NCBI GenBank assembly: GCA_964354105.1
Contig: CAYGXM010000001.1
Span: 85,392 to 149,391 of the forward strand
Reading direction: 5' to 3'
From: Candidatus Woesearchaeota archaeon
Lineage (GTDB): Archaea; Nanobdellota; Nanobdellia; UBA10117
DNA length: 64,000 nucleotides
This document shows, piece after piece, positions 9,801-16,922 of this stretch. Positions within the stretch are counted from its first letter, which is position 1. Every line of letters begins with the position of its first letter. The notes beneath the pieces are model-generated. The model saw only the letters and a program-made list of their open reading frames with translations, did not search any database and was not told where the DNA came from. The translations under genes were made by a program, and so were the position numbers.

Positions 9801-10248
9801 CAAACTTGTCAACATCGCCCTGCAAGATTATGTTGTGGCCGTCCGGGAAGATCCTTGCAGGCGCTAGAAGGTCGAGAACTTGTATTCTTGTGGCATTTTT
9901 CCCGTTTATTTTATATTGTGTCTGGCCCGTTTTCTTGATTTTTCTCTTCAATTCAACAGCTTTTTCTCCAAGTGGAAACATACCCTTGCTGTTGTCTAAA
10001 ACAATGCAGACTTCGCCTTCGGACGCGGATGCACTTTTCCTTTTGAACAACAAATCTGCGAAATTATCCGCTCGCATGTCGTGGGACGACCTTTTTCCCA
10101 GAATGAAGCATAAACTATCGAGGACATTGGATTTGCCAGAACCATTAGGACCGATAACACAGTTTAGGCCTGGCTGGAAAATTATGTCTATCTTCTTGTT
10201 AAAAGACTTGAAGCCACGCATATGCAGCGACTTAATAGCAGTGCCCAT
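6844..10248 (-). CDS. smc: chromosome segregation ATPase SMC
   Basis: 1134 aa. Walker A GPNGSGKSN, long coiled coils, a hinge, and the C-terminal signature LSGGEKVLVALAFIFAIQ...LLDEIDAALD. Confidence 0.95.
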   Translation of the reverse strand: MGTAIKSLHMRGFKSFNKKIDIIFQPGLNCVIGPNGSGKSNVLDSLCFILGKRSSHDMRADNFADLLFKRKSASASEGEVCIVLDNSKGMFPLGEKAVELKRKIKKTGQTQYKINGKNATRIQVLDLLAPARIFPDGHNIILQGDVDKFVDLKPIERRQLIEEVAGIAIYEEKKAKALSELGKVDEKLREVNIVLKEKETYMKNLDDEKKGAQTYRELQTDIKKFQTGELSLKKKYALERRDKVAASIEAKIMEIDNIKLEIEISSKKIAQFKQQLEKLEKEIQKKGGEESLQLNRQVEAVRVELEKARTLISTSLSQIEQVQKRKADLEQNLSTLGNRLKENESERNNLEKELSAIEKQESALKKGSIADLKELEADVDKFEKDADALKNKRDKTNSEIQQFKAKFQVQESELRFIEDRIAQLKNSTKDFSVAKEQQQKLMKEIDVLAREDSRLALELGELRKEIIGKEEKLTKNKILSRGSQEALLRDAAIRVLKEKDISGVYGTVAELGNAKQQYATALSIAAGNRMRNIVVDSVNTAIKCLEMLKSSRAGVATFLPLDKLKMSTEDVPEAVLKKSGVLGLAHTLIDCDPKYSKVFKYIFRNTIVIQNIDIAKSIGVGKCRMVTLDGDLFEPSGAITGGFRQAAGIVFETVAREQIDKLDLELGKLNEQFSELGKERAKLEDKLFELRKAKAEVDAKAELTEKGQLTRDIGGLEKRASQLNDSAKKNFSKIEELEKDLAELEVKITEKVSERNAIKTQLHDLQFGDSASKVEELQQKKSEFETKLAAVKATIENALLPDRENTLRVLKELEKEKKSFDKQISEEESKVKNLEKNLEAKETEQESFHGKLKLAFEEQAGLSNQLRSAEADYNKFLMQQNVIGTEKNNFAIEKAQYEAELAAIGEELKPFVGIEPVEFKTLEEARKKINEAQVKLESLGNVNMRALEVFEDVIKEYNELAVRVSKLQEEKNSVLSLIEEVENKKTDAFMKTYNEINGHFSTIYAKTNAKYLGDLQLENLEKPFEAGILVRIMDSKRKRVSAASLSGGEKVLVALAFIFAIQEHEPAAFYLLDEIDAALDKLNSEKVAKLLKEYSTKAQVIVVTHNDSVISEADSVYGVHMNKEGESVIVSMKI

Positions 10249-10380
10249 TAAGGTGCAGATAGCCGAGCTTGTTTTAAAACTTTTGTTAATCCCAGAATAC
10301 GACTTATAGAAAGCTGAAAACTACGGTGTTAGTCTTTAATGTTAGTTGGCTTTCCTTCTCTGCAATGCTAAGGAGTTAAG

Positions 10381-10406
10381 CTTTACAAACTCATAGAGCT
10401 TCAAAA
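10381..10406. repeat. 26-nt repeat family 4, copy a
   Basis: CTTTACAAACTCATAGAGCTTCAAAA matches 45876..45900 at 25 of 26 positions. Confidence 0.65.
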
Positions 10407-10411
10407 AGGAA

Positions 10412-11074
10412 TTAGTCTTCAAATTCTGTTAAAGTCTTCTGTCCTTTAAGCTTTTCAAGTTCTTTGATAGTTCCCCAGCTTTTTCTAATATATTGTGAAA
10501 GTGAATTTTCCCAGTGTTCCTTGACAAATCTTTTAGTTATGGGGTCTGCAGGATATCCGCTACCGAAATCTAGGCCAATCTCTTTTTTTATCATTTCAAT
10601 TTCATCATCTCTGTCAACTTTTGCAATTATAGACGCTGCGGAACAAATCGGATATTTGGAATCTGCTTTGTGTTCTGCAACTATTTTGATATGTTTATGT
10701 ACGGAAGTTTTCAGAATCATTTCTGCAAACTTATCCGCTTTTGGCGAAGTTGGCGAGTCAACATAAACCACATCAGGGCAAAGATCATCAAGAAGCTCAG
10801 CAATTTTCAAAGCTTCAAGCTGGTTTAAATTTGTTCCAACAGCATTCCTGCTGTCAATCTCCTGTGCTGAAATAACTGCTAATTTGAAATCTTTTGATAA
10901 TTTCTTTAATTTGCTGTAAAAAGAATTCCGTTGTTTTGGCGTTAGAAGTTTAGAATCTTTGACATTTAATTTCTTGAGCTCTGGAAGCTCTTTTTCGTCT
11001 ATGCAATAAGCACAGATTACAAGAGGGCCTATAACAGGACCCCTGCCAGCTTCGTCAACTCCGCAGATTTTCAT
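10412..11074 (-). CDS. rnhB: ribonuclease HII
   Basis: N-terminus MKICGVDEAGRGPVIGPLVI with a downstream DSK motif; length is typical for RNase HII. Confidence 0.95.
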   Translation of the reverse strand: MKICGVDEAGRGPVIGPLVICAYCIDEKELPELKKLNVKDSKLLTPKQRNSFYSKLKKLSKDFKLAVISAQEIDSRNAVGTNLNQLEALKIAELLDDLCPDVVYVDSPTSPKADKFAEMILKTSVHKHIKIVAEHKADSKYPICSAASIIAKVDRDDEIEMIKKEIGLDFGSGYPADPITKRFVKEHWENSLSQYIRKSWGTIKELEKLKGQKTLTEFED

Positions 11075-11151
11075 GTGACTTTAAACTATTTACAGACTAT
11101 AAAAATCTAAGCACAAGCTTTAAATATATGTAAATACATAAATATATAATT

Positions 11152-11295
11152 ATGGCTAAAGAAACAGAACGTGTAAAAGCGATATTTACAGTGAATAAAG
11201 AAACTTGGAAAAAATTCAAAGTAAAGGCAACGTTGGCAGATAGAAAGTATTCAGATGTTATAGAAGAATTAATTGAAAAATACTTGGAAAAGTAA
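11152..11295 (+). CDS. small ribbon-helix-helix (CopG-like) protein; not in the supplied ORF track
   Basis: 47-aa ORF MAKETERVKAIFTVNKETWKKFKVKATLADRKYSDVIEELIEKYLEK. The pattern is beta-strand, helix, helix. Its stop codon lies 1 nt before the ATG of the next gene. Confidence 0.5.
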   Translation: MAKETERVKAIFTVNKETWKKFKVKATLADRKYSDVIEELIEKYLEK

Positions 11296-11296
11296 A

Positions 11297-11959
11297 ATGG
11301 ATATTAAATTTCCGCAACCAAACGATCCTAAGCTAGCCGAATTTGTAGGTATTATGTTGGGCGATGGTTCATTGAACGAAAGAGGAATACAAATAACAAT
11401 GCATAGTATAGATGAAGTGGACTATACTACTTATGTTGTTAAAATTATAAACGAGCTATTTAATTTAAACGCTAAAGTTGTTAAGCGTAAAAATGCTAAT
11501 GCAGTAGATATTAGGGTTTATAGCAAAGAAATTGCTAGCTTTTTATTTAAGCTAGGCTTAATCAGAGCTCCAAAGTGGAAAAGAGCTATTATTCCTAATG
11601 GTTTTATTAACCAAAAACTTGGCAAATATGTACTACGTGGCTATTGCGATACTGATGGCTGTATAACATCCTACAAACGAACCGATAGGCGAAATCAAAA
11701 GCGGTGCCCGAGATTAGAAATGAAATTTTCTCCTTCACCCATGCAAGACCAATTTATAGATTTGTTAGAAATGTTTAACTTTAAATTTCGCAAATATCCA
11801 ATCTATAAAGAAGACAGAGGACGAAGTCTTGTGCGAATAAATGGCATTCCTGAAATAAGCAAGTGGATGAAAATTATTGGTACGCGCAACCCTAAGCACT
11901 ATGCTAAAATTAGTAATTATGTAGCGGGGGTAGGAATTCCACTGAACTACAAGGTGTAG
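11297..11959 (+). CDS. LAGLIDADG-family homing-endonuclease-like protein (two-motif, monomeric type)
   Basis: Two LAGLIDADG-type motifs, FVGIMLGDGSL and VLRGYCDTDGCI. ATG 11297 is preferred over the TTG at 11273. Confidence 0.8.
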   Translation: MDIKFPQPNDPKLAEFVGIMLGDGSLNERGIQITMHSIDEVDYTTYVVKIINELFNLNAKVVKRKNANAVDIRVYSKEIASFLFKLGLIRAPKWKRAIIPNGFINQKLGKYVLRGYCDTDGCITSYKRTDRRNQKRCPRLEMKFSPSPMQDQFIDLLEMFNFKFRKYPIYKEDRGRSLVRINGIPEISKWMKIIGTRNPKHYAKISNYVAGVGIPLNYKV

Positions 11960-12078
11960 CTCGTTTTGAACCTACGACCTCTTCACCTCTCGCAAACTTC
12001 GCTTGCGAAATCGGGTTATGAGCCCAGCGGGCAATCTGGCAACATTTTCGTGTTGTCTCCAGGCTGCCCTACCCCGCT
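11922..12078 (-). tRNA. initiator tRNA-Met (CAT) with three predicted introns
   Basis: Minus-strand read: AGCGGGG-TA-GGGC-AGCCTGG[~23 nt]ATT-GCCC-G-CTGGG-CTCATAA-CCCG[30 nt]G-AGGTC-GTAGG-TTCAAA[29 nt]T-CCTAC-CCCCGCT-A. It has an A1:U72 pair and three G:C pairs in the anticodon stem, as in archaeal initiator tRNAs. Each insert has an internal hairpin. Intron boundaries are approximate. Confidence 0.7.
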
Positions 12079-12148
12079 GAAAATGCAATCTTAAATTCCC
12101 TTTATAAAACTGACTACAGTCAGTTAATGTTTTCGTTAAAACAAAAGC

Positions 12149-13063
12149 CTAACCTACGAGCTGCTTGAATTTGACAACTCCAGATATTGTTTCCAAATAA
12201 TTCTGTGCAGGTTTTGCCAGCTTGCCAGGGCTATACAGCAAAACAGGCAGTTTCTTGTCAACGCCTGCTGCATACGCCAGGGATAAATCATCTTTTGTTA
12301 TTGTCTTCTTGCTCTGCACAATTACCAAAAACTGCAAAAGCCCGATACTGCTGGGGATTTTTGCAATAATTGATGCTTCCTTCCCTCTTTTGATGATTTC
12401 TTTTGATAAAATTTCAGCGCCAGCAGAATTTAACTGTGACAATGTTAATTCAATGGCAGGGCTTGCTGCACCTGTAATCAGTTTTTTGACCGCAGTTACA
12501 ACTTGAGCTTCTATCGACGGTTTTTCTTGAATCTCTTTAGTTTCAGAAGGCGTTTCTGCTGCTTGAGGTTTAGCAACTTCAACTTCTTTAACGGCAGGAG
12601 CAATAGGCTTTGGAACTTCTTTCCTGGCAACTTGAATTTCAACCTTTGGCTTTACAAAATCTTTTACTTTTACCTGGGCTTTTACAGCAATCTTAATATC
12701 TTTAGATTTCTTCAATTCAGCTTCTTTCTTTTCTATCTCTTCAAGTCTGGCTTTGAAGTCGGCTCTTTTTTGCTCAAGTGCAGGGCCTTGCGGCACTGTT
12801 GCCGCAAAAGTTCTTGCAGTGGGCTTGATGCCAAGAAGTTTTTTGATTTTGGAATCTGCAACAAGTTCTTGTCCAATTACGAAATAAACAGGGACTCCAC
12901 CGACTTTTTCAGAAGTCATCTTTAATTTGTGGGCTTCTACCAACTGATCAAGAAAAGCCTTGGCTATAAAACTGTCAACACCTAATTTTGATGCAACTTC
13001 AATAGGAAGAGCAGGCTGTTGTCGTACTATGTCAAATGCCCTGTCCAAATTGCTGGTGTTCAT
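12149..13063 (-). CDS. hypothetical protein with N-terminal winged-helix-like domain and Lys/Glu/Pro-rich linker
   Basis: 304-aa ORF with N-terminus FDIVRQQPALPIEVASKLGVDSFIAKAFLDQLVEAHKL. The + strand ORFs inside it are antisense artefacts. Confidence 0.5.
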   Translation of the reverse strand: MNTSNLDRAFDIVRQQPALPIEVASKLGVDSFIAKAFLDQLVEAHKLKMTSEKVGGVPVYFVIGQELVADSKIKKLLGIKPTARTFAATVPQGPALEQKRADFKARLEEIEKKEAELKKSKDIKIAVKAQVKVKDFVKPKVEIQVARKEVPKPIAPAVKEVEVAKPQAAETPSETKEIQEKPSIEAQVVTAVKKLITGAASPAIELTLSQLNSAGAEILSKEIIKRGKEASIIAKIPSSIGLLQFLVIVQSKKTITKDDLSLAYAAGVDKKLPVLLYSPGKLAKPAQNYLETISGVVKFKQLVG

Positions 13064-13188
13064 ACTTTTTCAGAAATGTTCTAGCTATTAAATTTTTGTT
13101 TAGAATTGTATAGACAAATAGCAAAGGGAATCTGTTAAGGTCTGGAAAGCCTTCTGGAACGAAACCTTGCTCGCAATGAGAGCTTCCT

Positions 13189-13965
13189 CTATACTAGATA
13201 TTTCGTATCGTTTACAAAAACCAAGCTTTTATCAGCATTTCCAGTTAAAGCATCAGCTAGCTTTATTCCACCCAAAACTTCTGGCAATAAGATGTAGTCT
13301 GCGCCAGCTTTCTTCAGCTTTGGCACCATTTTAGGGTCAGATGCTCTTACTGCTATTTTGGCGCGGGGATTCAATTCTCGCGCAGTTATTACCAATAGCA
13401 TGTTTTTGCCGTCGTCTCCAAGGGCGATTGCAACTCCAGCAGCTCTCTCGATGCCTGCATCTTTCAGAACATGTTCGTCGATAGGGCCTACATCTAAGAC
13501 ATTGCGATTATCTGCCTTCAATTTATTGATAACATCTTTGTCTTTCTCAATGAATACGACTGAATGACCTTTAGCTATTAGTCTTTGGCCGATGTTTCGG
13601 CCAACTTTGCCGGATCCGCAAATTATGTAATGATTTTTCATCTTCTTTATGTCAGATACCATTCTAGCCTCCTTTAGGAATGCCCCAAATTTTCCCTCTA
13701 CTGCGAGCGCAAAAGCAGCCCATATCGCAAACCATATGATTATGGCCCCAAATAAATTTAACCCTATCACTAGACCGTGAGGTTGTACTGTTTCCGAGGC
13801 CTTGCCGGCCAGCGATTCTATTGTCAATCCAAATGCGCCAGTAAAGCTTTGCTTGCTAAATGCCATAAAGCCAACTAAACCTGTAACCAAGATGGTTACG
13901 ATTAGAGAAATTAGCAATTTCAGCTGTCGCAAGACGTGCTCAGTGGCCATGAAGTAAGACTTCAT
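13189..13965 (-). CDS. 2-TM membrane protein with cytoplasmic TrkA-N/RCK NAD-binding domain (ion-channel-like)
   Basis: Rossmann motif YIICGSGKVGRNIGQRL..VVFIEKD follows two N-terminal TM helices. I see no TVGYG-type K+ selectivity filter. Confidence 0.7.
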   Translation of the reverse strand: MKSYFMATEHVLRQLKLLISLIVTILVTGLVGFMAFSKQSFTGAFGLTIESLAGKASETVQPHGLVIGLNLFGAIIIWFAIWAAFALAVEGKFGAFLKEARMVSDIKKMKNHYIICGSGKVGRNIGQRLIAKGHSVVFIEKDKDVINKLKADNRNVLDVGPIDEHVLKDAGIERAAGVAIALGDDGKNMLLVITARELNPRAKIAVRASDPKMVPKLKKAGADYILLPEVLGGIKLADALTGNADKSLVFVNDTKYLV

Positions 13966-13999
13966 GGCTTAATTAACAAAATACTTAATTAAAAACTTA

Positions 14000-14070
14000 T
14001 GCGCCGACGGGGATTCGCACCCCGGTCTTAAGCTTGGGAAGCTCATGTCCTGCTACTAGACTATCGGCGC
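14000..14070 (-). tRNA. tRNA-Gly (CCC)
   Basis: Minus-strand read: GCGCCGA..TGAGC-TTCCCAA-GCTTA..CGGGG-TGCGAAT-CCCCG-TCGGCGC-A. It folds as a cloverleaf. Confidence 0.9.
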
Positions 14071-14152
14071 AGTTTATCGCATTTCTTTTGAGTAAACAAA
14101 TCTTTATAAATAAAATCCAAGAAAGCATAAAACCCACGATGAAGCCAGCAAA

Positions 14153-14566
14153 ATGCGTTACAAATTTAAGGCAAAGTATTCAGAATCAGACGAGTATACT
14201 GTCTATAGATACTATCATTATACTCCCAGACAACTAGGCATAAGAGGATTTTTAGCAACAGTTTGTACAGCAATTGCAGTTTTCATATTATTCCCCTTTC
14301 CAGATGAAATTGTTGTGATTCCTGCTATTGCAAAAGCCCTGCAGCATGCCTTCCAGCTAGAATTTAATTCTGCAATCGGCTATGCATATGGAGTTTACAA
14401 ATCCATAGGCTTGGTTTTCCTGGGTTTAGCCTTATTGTTTGGAGCGCAGTATTTGAGGGATGCGCTTTTGGCTAAAGTAAGACATGTCAAGGATACAGAA
14501 AGAAAAGTCCGGCATTACGTGCAAAATGGTCACAGCACTTTAAAGCATCTGGCTCGCAAGCGTTAA
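14153..14566 (+). CDS. hypothetical membrane protein
   Basis: 137-aa ORF with 2-3 hydrophobic helices and a basic C-terminus. Confidence 0.45.
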   Translation: MRYKFKAKYSESDEYTVYRYYHYTPRQLGIRGFLATVCTAIAVFILFPFPDEIVVIPAIAKALQHAFQLEFNSAIGYAYGVYKSIGLVFLGLALLFGAQYLRDALLAKVRHVKDTERKVRHYVQNGHSTLKHLARKR

Positions 14567-14599
14567 AAAGCATTCAAGTTTTCTTTAAACTGTAGACCT

Positions 14600-14721
14600 G
14601 GGCCCATGGTCTAGTGGTTATGCGCTGAAATCGGCAAAAGCCAATTTCGCTGATTTGCGTATCCGCAAATGACGCCTGCTTGACGTGCAGGAGGTCGCAG
14701 GTTCGAATCCTGCTGGGCCCA
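14600..14721 (+). tRNA. tRNA-Val (GAC) with ~49-nt intron in the 3' side of the D-arm (about 14623..14671)
   Basis: Read: GGGCCCA-TG-GTCT-AGTGGTTA-TG[49 nt]AC-G-CCTGC-TTGACGT-GCAGG-AGGTC-GCAGG-TTCGAAT-CCTGC-TGGGCCC-A. Removing the insert restores a standard 73-nt cloverleaf. Confidence 0.8.
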
Positions 14722-14728
14722 CTAAAAA

Positions 14729-15505
14729 TTATCTTTCTGTTTCAACAATCAAAAATTGGCGAGCTTCTTTAACCGTTAATTTGTTTCGGCGATATAGTCT
14801 ATGCACTTCTATACGCGCTTCATTTTCTATCTCCTCTGTAAAATTAACCGCATCTGTTAGCGTTTTTCCTATGCTAACCAATCCATGGTCTTTAAGTATA
14901 ACTGCATTTGTGTCTATAACTTTCAATGCATTTGCAGTATGCACAGCTAATTCTTTCGATCCCGGTTCGTAAAAGGGTATGACCGGAACTTCGTAGTGTA
15001 TATTTTGGTCTGGATCTTCGATTACTAGCTTATCAAAATAATTTGCAAATAATTTTGTGCACACCGGATGTGTATGAATAATCGCATTAATATCTGGGCG
15101 CTCTTTGTAAATGCTGACATGCATACCCGTTTCGATAGAAGGTTTATTTGTGCCCTCTAAGATTCTACCTTCTAAATCTACCAGAATAAAGTCTGAAGTT
15201 TGTATCTGCCAAAAATCTTCTCCACTTGGTTTTATGAGTACTTTGTTATCGTTTACTCTCATACTAACGTTGCCAGTTGCTCTGTATTCGCCAGCCGTCT
15301 TGATAAGTGGTACATATCTTCGCCCACTAAAGTGATAACAAGCTGCCGCTAGTGCAATCCGATTTAATTTCATTTGGTCTAAGGGCGCGAAAAGGAGTTG
15401 CAAAACATCAATGGCAGACTTGTCTGTTTCTATAAGAAAATTGCCCAGATAATCGCTAGTGGCTTCTATGAATGGGCCAATTTTCTCGGCATTTAACTTT
15501 TCCAT
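14729..15505 (-). CDS. class II aldolase/adducin-family protein (fuculose-phosphate aldolase / MtnB-like)
   Basis: Motif INAIIHTHPVCTKLFA plus the downstream pattern ILKDHGLVSIGKTL, both typical of the family. Confidence 0.8.
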   Translation of the reverse strand: MEKLNAEKIGPFIEATSDYLGNFLIETDKSAIDVLQLLFAPLDQMKLNRIALAAACYHFSGRRYVPLIKTAGEYRATGNVSMRVNDNKVLIKPSGEDFWQIQTSDFILVDLEGRILEGTNKPSIETGMHVSIYKERPDINAIIHTHPVCTKLFANYFDKLVIEDPDQNIHYEVPVIPFYEPGSKELAVHTANALKVIDTNAVILKDHGLVSIGKTLTDAVNFTEEIENEARIEVHRLYRRNKLTVKEARQFLIVETER

Positions 15506-15557
15506 GGCTAAATCATAAAGCTAAACTTTAAAAGTCATTTTCAAGTCACCTATTAAC

Positions 15558-15641
15558 GCGGGGATACCAAAGTGGTCAAATGGGTACGGCTTAGGACCGT
15601 ATGGCTTAGTGCCTTCGAAGGTTCGAATCCTTCTCCCCGCA
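15558..15641 (+). tRNA. tRNA-Leu (TAG)
   Basis: Read: GCGGGGA..TACGG-CTTAGGA-CCGTA, long variable arm TGGCTTAGTGCCTTC, then GAAGG-TTCGAAT-CCTTC-TCCCCGC-A. Confidence 0.9.
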
Positions 15642-15650
15642 CCTCGATAA

Positions 15651-15665
15651 CAAATCTTTATATTA
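15651..15665 (+). promoter_or_regulatory. BRE/TATA-like promoter of 15687..16082
   Basis: CAAATCTTTATATTA; the TATA element starts 30 nt upstream of the ATG, suggesting a leaderless mRNA. Confidence 0.45.
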
Positions 15666-15686
15666 GCCAAAATTTCTTAATATTTA

Positions 15687-16082
15687 ATGGCCGAACAGGT
15701 TAGATATGTTGAAGTTCCAGAGTATTCTATGATAACTTCAGATTTGTCAAAATCTTCTACAGACATCTCGACAGAACTGGAGGCAGCAAAAGAGGCCGCA
15801 AATCTCCACATTGAAAAACACATGCACGTAAAAAGGGCGGAAGAACTTTTGAATTTGATAGAAAAAGACATTGCCAGATTTATCAGAATGATGCCAATAA
15901 AGCAGCCAGGCAAGTCGGCAAGAAAACCTGCAACTGCAAAATCTATTGTCGAGTTTACAGCAAGGCCGACAAAGCCAATCATGACAGAATCCGACAGGGA
16001 GCTGATTGCAAGATCACATAGAGCATTGCAGAACCTGCAAAAGAATCTGGCAGAATTAAAATCAGAATTGGGAAAGGTTTAA
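15687..16082 (+). CDS. hypothetical protein
   Basis: 131-aa ORF with a TATA-like element 30 nt upstream. The minus-strand ORF 15677..15982 is judged an antisense artefact. Confidence 0.5.
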   Translation: MAEQVRYVEVPEYSMITSDLSKSSTDISTELEAAKEAANLHIEKHMHVKRAEELLNLIEKDIARFIRMMPIKQPGKSARKPATAKSIVEFTARPTKPIMTESDRELIARSHRALQNLQKNLAELKSELGKV

Positions 16083-16112
16083 TAGATTTTCTTACGTAAT
16101 TATGTTAAGGCA

Positions 16113-16457
16113 ATGGCAATAACCAAAACTAATTTTGAGCGCAGAGGGATTAAACAAGGCAGTTTGTTAGAAATAATTGTGCTGTGGCAAAGGCCTTGTC
16201 CGGAATTACCAGGGCGGTTGAAGAAATTATTTAGAACTGTTGGCTATGTCGTAGAGCTTACAGATAATTATATCACACTTTCACATAATGAAAGAAACCA
16301 AACATTTTCCAAGATACCTTTTTTTAAGTCGAAAGATCCGGTATACGATAATAACAATGGTTATGGTGCGGAAGATAATACTGACTGGGGCTATGTTGAA
16401 CAGGTAATAGGCTATAGAATTCTGGGAGATGGCAGAAGGCGTTTAAACGCAAGTTAA
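16113..16457 (+). CDS. hypothetical protein (one copy of an ITKxxFExxGIKxGSxLE module)
   Basis: 114-aa ORF; the module is shared with the next gene. Confidence 0.5.
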   Translation: MAITKTNFERRGIKQGSLLEIIVLWQRPCPELPGRLKKLFRTVGYVVELTDNYITLSHNERNQTFSKIPFFKSKDPVYDNNNGYGAEDNTDWGYVEQVIGYRILGDGRRRLNAS

Positions 16458-16922
16458 ATGGTAACTAAAAAAGATTTTGAAAAAGCAGGCATTAAAGAAA
16501 ACTATAAGCTAAGTTTGATGTTGCAGCCAGAGGGAAAACATATTTGTTATTTTATGGAATTTCAATACCGTGATGTTGCGGTTGCCAATTCCGTAGCTGA
16601 AGCCCGCGCTGGCGTGCATTCGTTACTAATTCCCTATAGACATATACTTTCCTGTAAAGTTTTAAGAAAAGATTTGGAACCCATTACGAAAAAAGAATTA
16701 GAAAAGCAACTTATTGAAAAAGGCAGTAAACTAGAATTAACACTTTCCAATGGTGCAGAGATTATAGGTTTTGTTAAAGAGCTTGAACGTGACTGTATTT
16801 CCTTAACGCCAGGATGGGATAAAAGTGGCGAACCTTATCGGTTTAATGACGGAGGCGTACCTGGAGTGGAAATAAAGTACCGCGCAATTAGGTCTTACAA
16901 AGAATTGGGCCAATTTGATTAG
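16458..16922 (+). CDS. hypothetical protein (two copies of the same module)
   Basis: 154-aa ORF that starts 1 nt after the upstream stop. Carries VTKKDFEKAGIKENYKLSL and ITKKELEKQLIEKGSKLEL. Confidence 0.5.
   Translation: MVTKKDFEKAGIKENYKLSLMLQPEGKHICYFMEFQYRDVAVANSVAEARAGVHSLLIPYRHILSCKVLRKDLEPITKKELEKQLIEKGSKLELTLSNGAEIIGFVKELERDCISLTPGWDKSGEPYRFNDGGVPGVEIKYRAIRSYKELGQFD

Noticed and set aside
7376-10309. Series of + strand ORFs (85-254 aa, Ser/Phe/Cys-rich) inside the smc region
   Set aside because: They are antisense shadows of the Glu/Lys/Leu-rich SMC coiled-coil coding strand. They are low-complexity, have no motifs, and the minus-strand gene is unambiguous.
11297-11959. LAGLIDADG ORF as an intron-encoded endonuclease of the tRNA
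   Set aside because: The ORF lies outside the tRNA on the opposite strand and overlaps only its last ~38 nt. It is not contained in any of the three predicted introns.
14685-14972. 95-aa + strand ORF
   Set aside because: It starts inside the 3' half of tRNA-Val and runs antisense to the class II aldolase gene, so it is not credible.
15677-15982. 101-aa minus-strand ORF overlapping 15687..16082
   Set aside because: The + strand ORF has a TATA-like element at the right distance and a more protein-like composition. The minus-strand product is Ser/Phe/Cys-rich antisense-type sequence.
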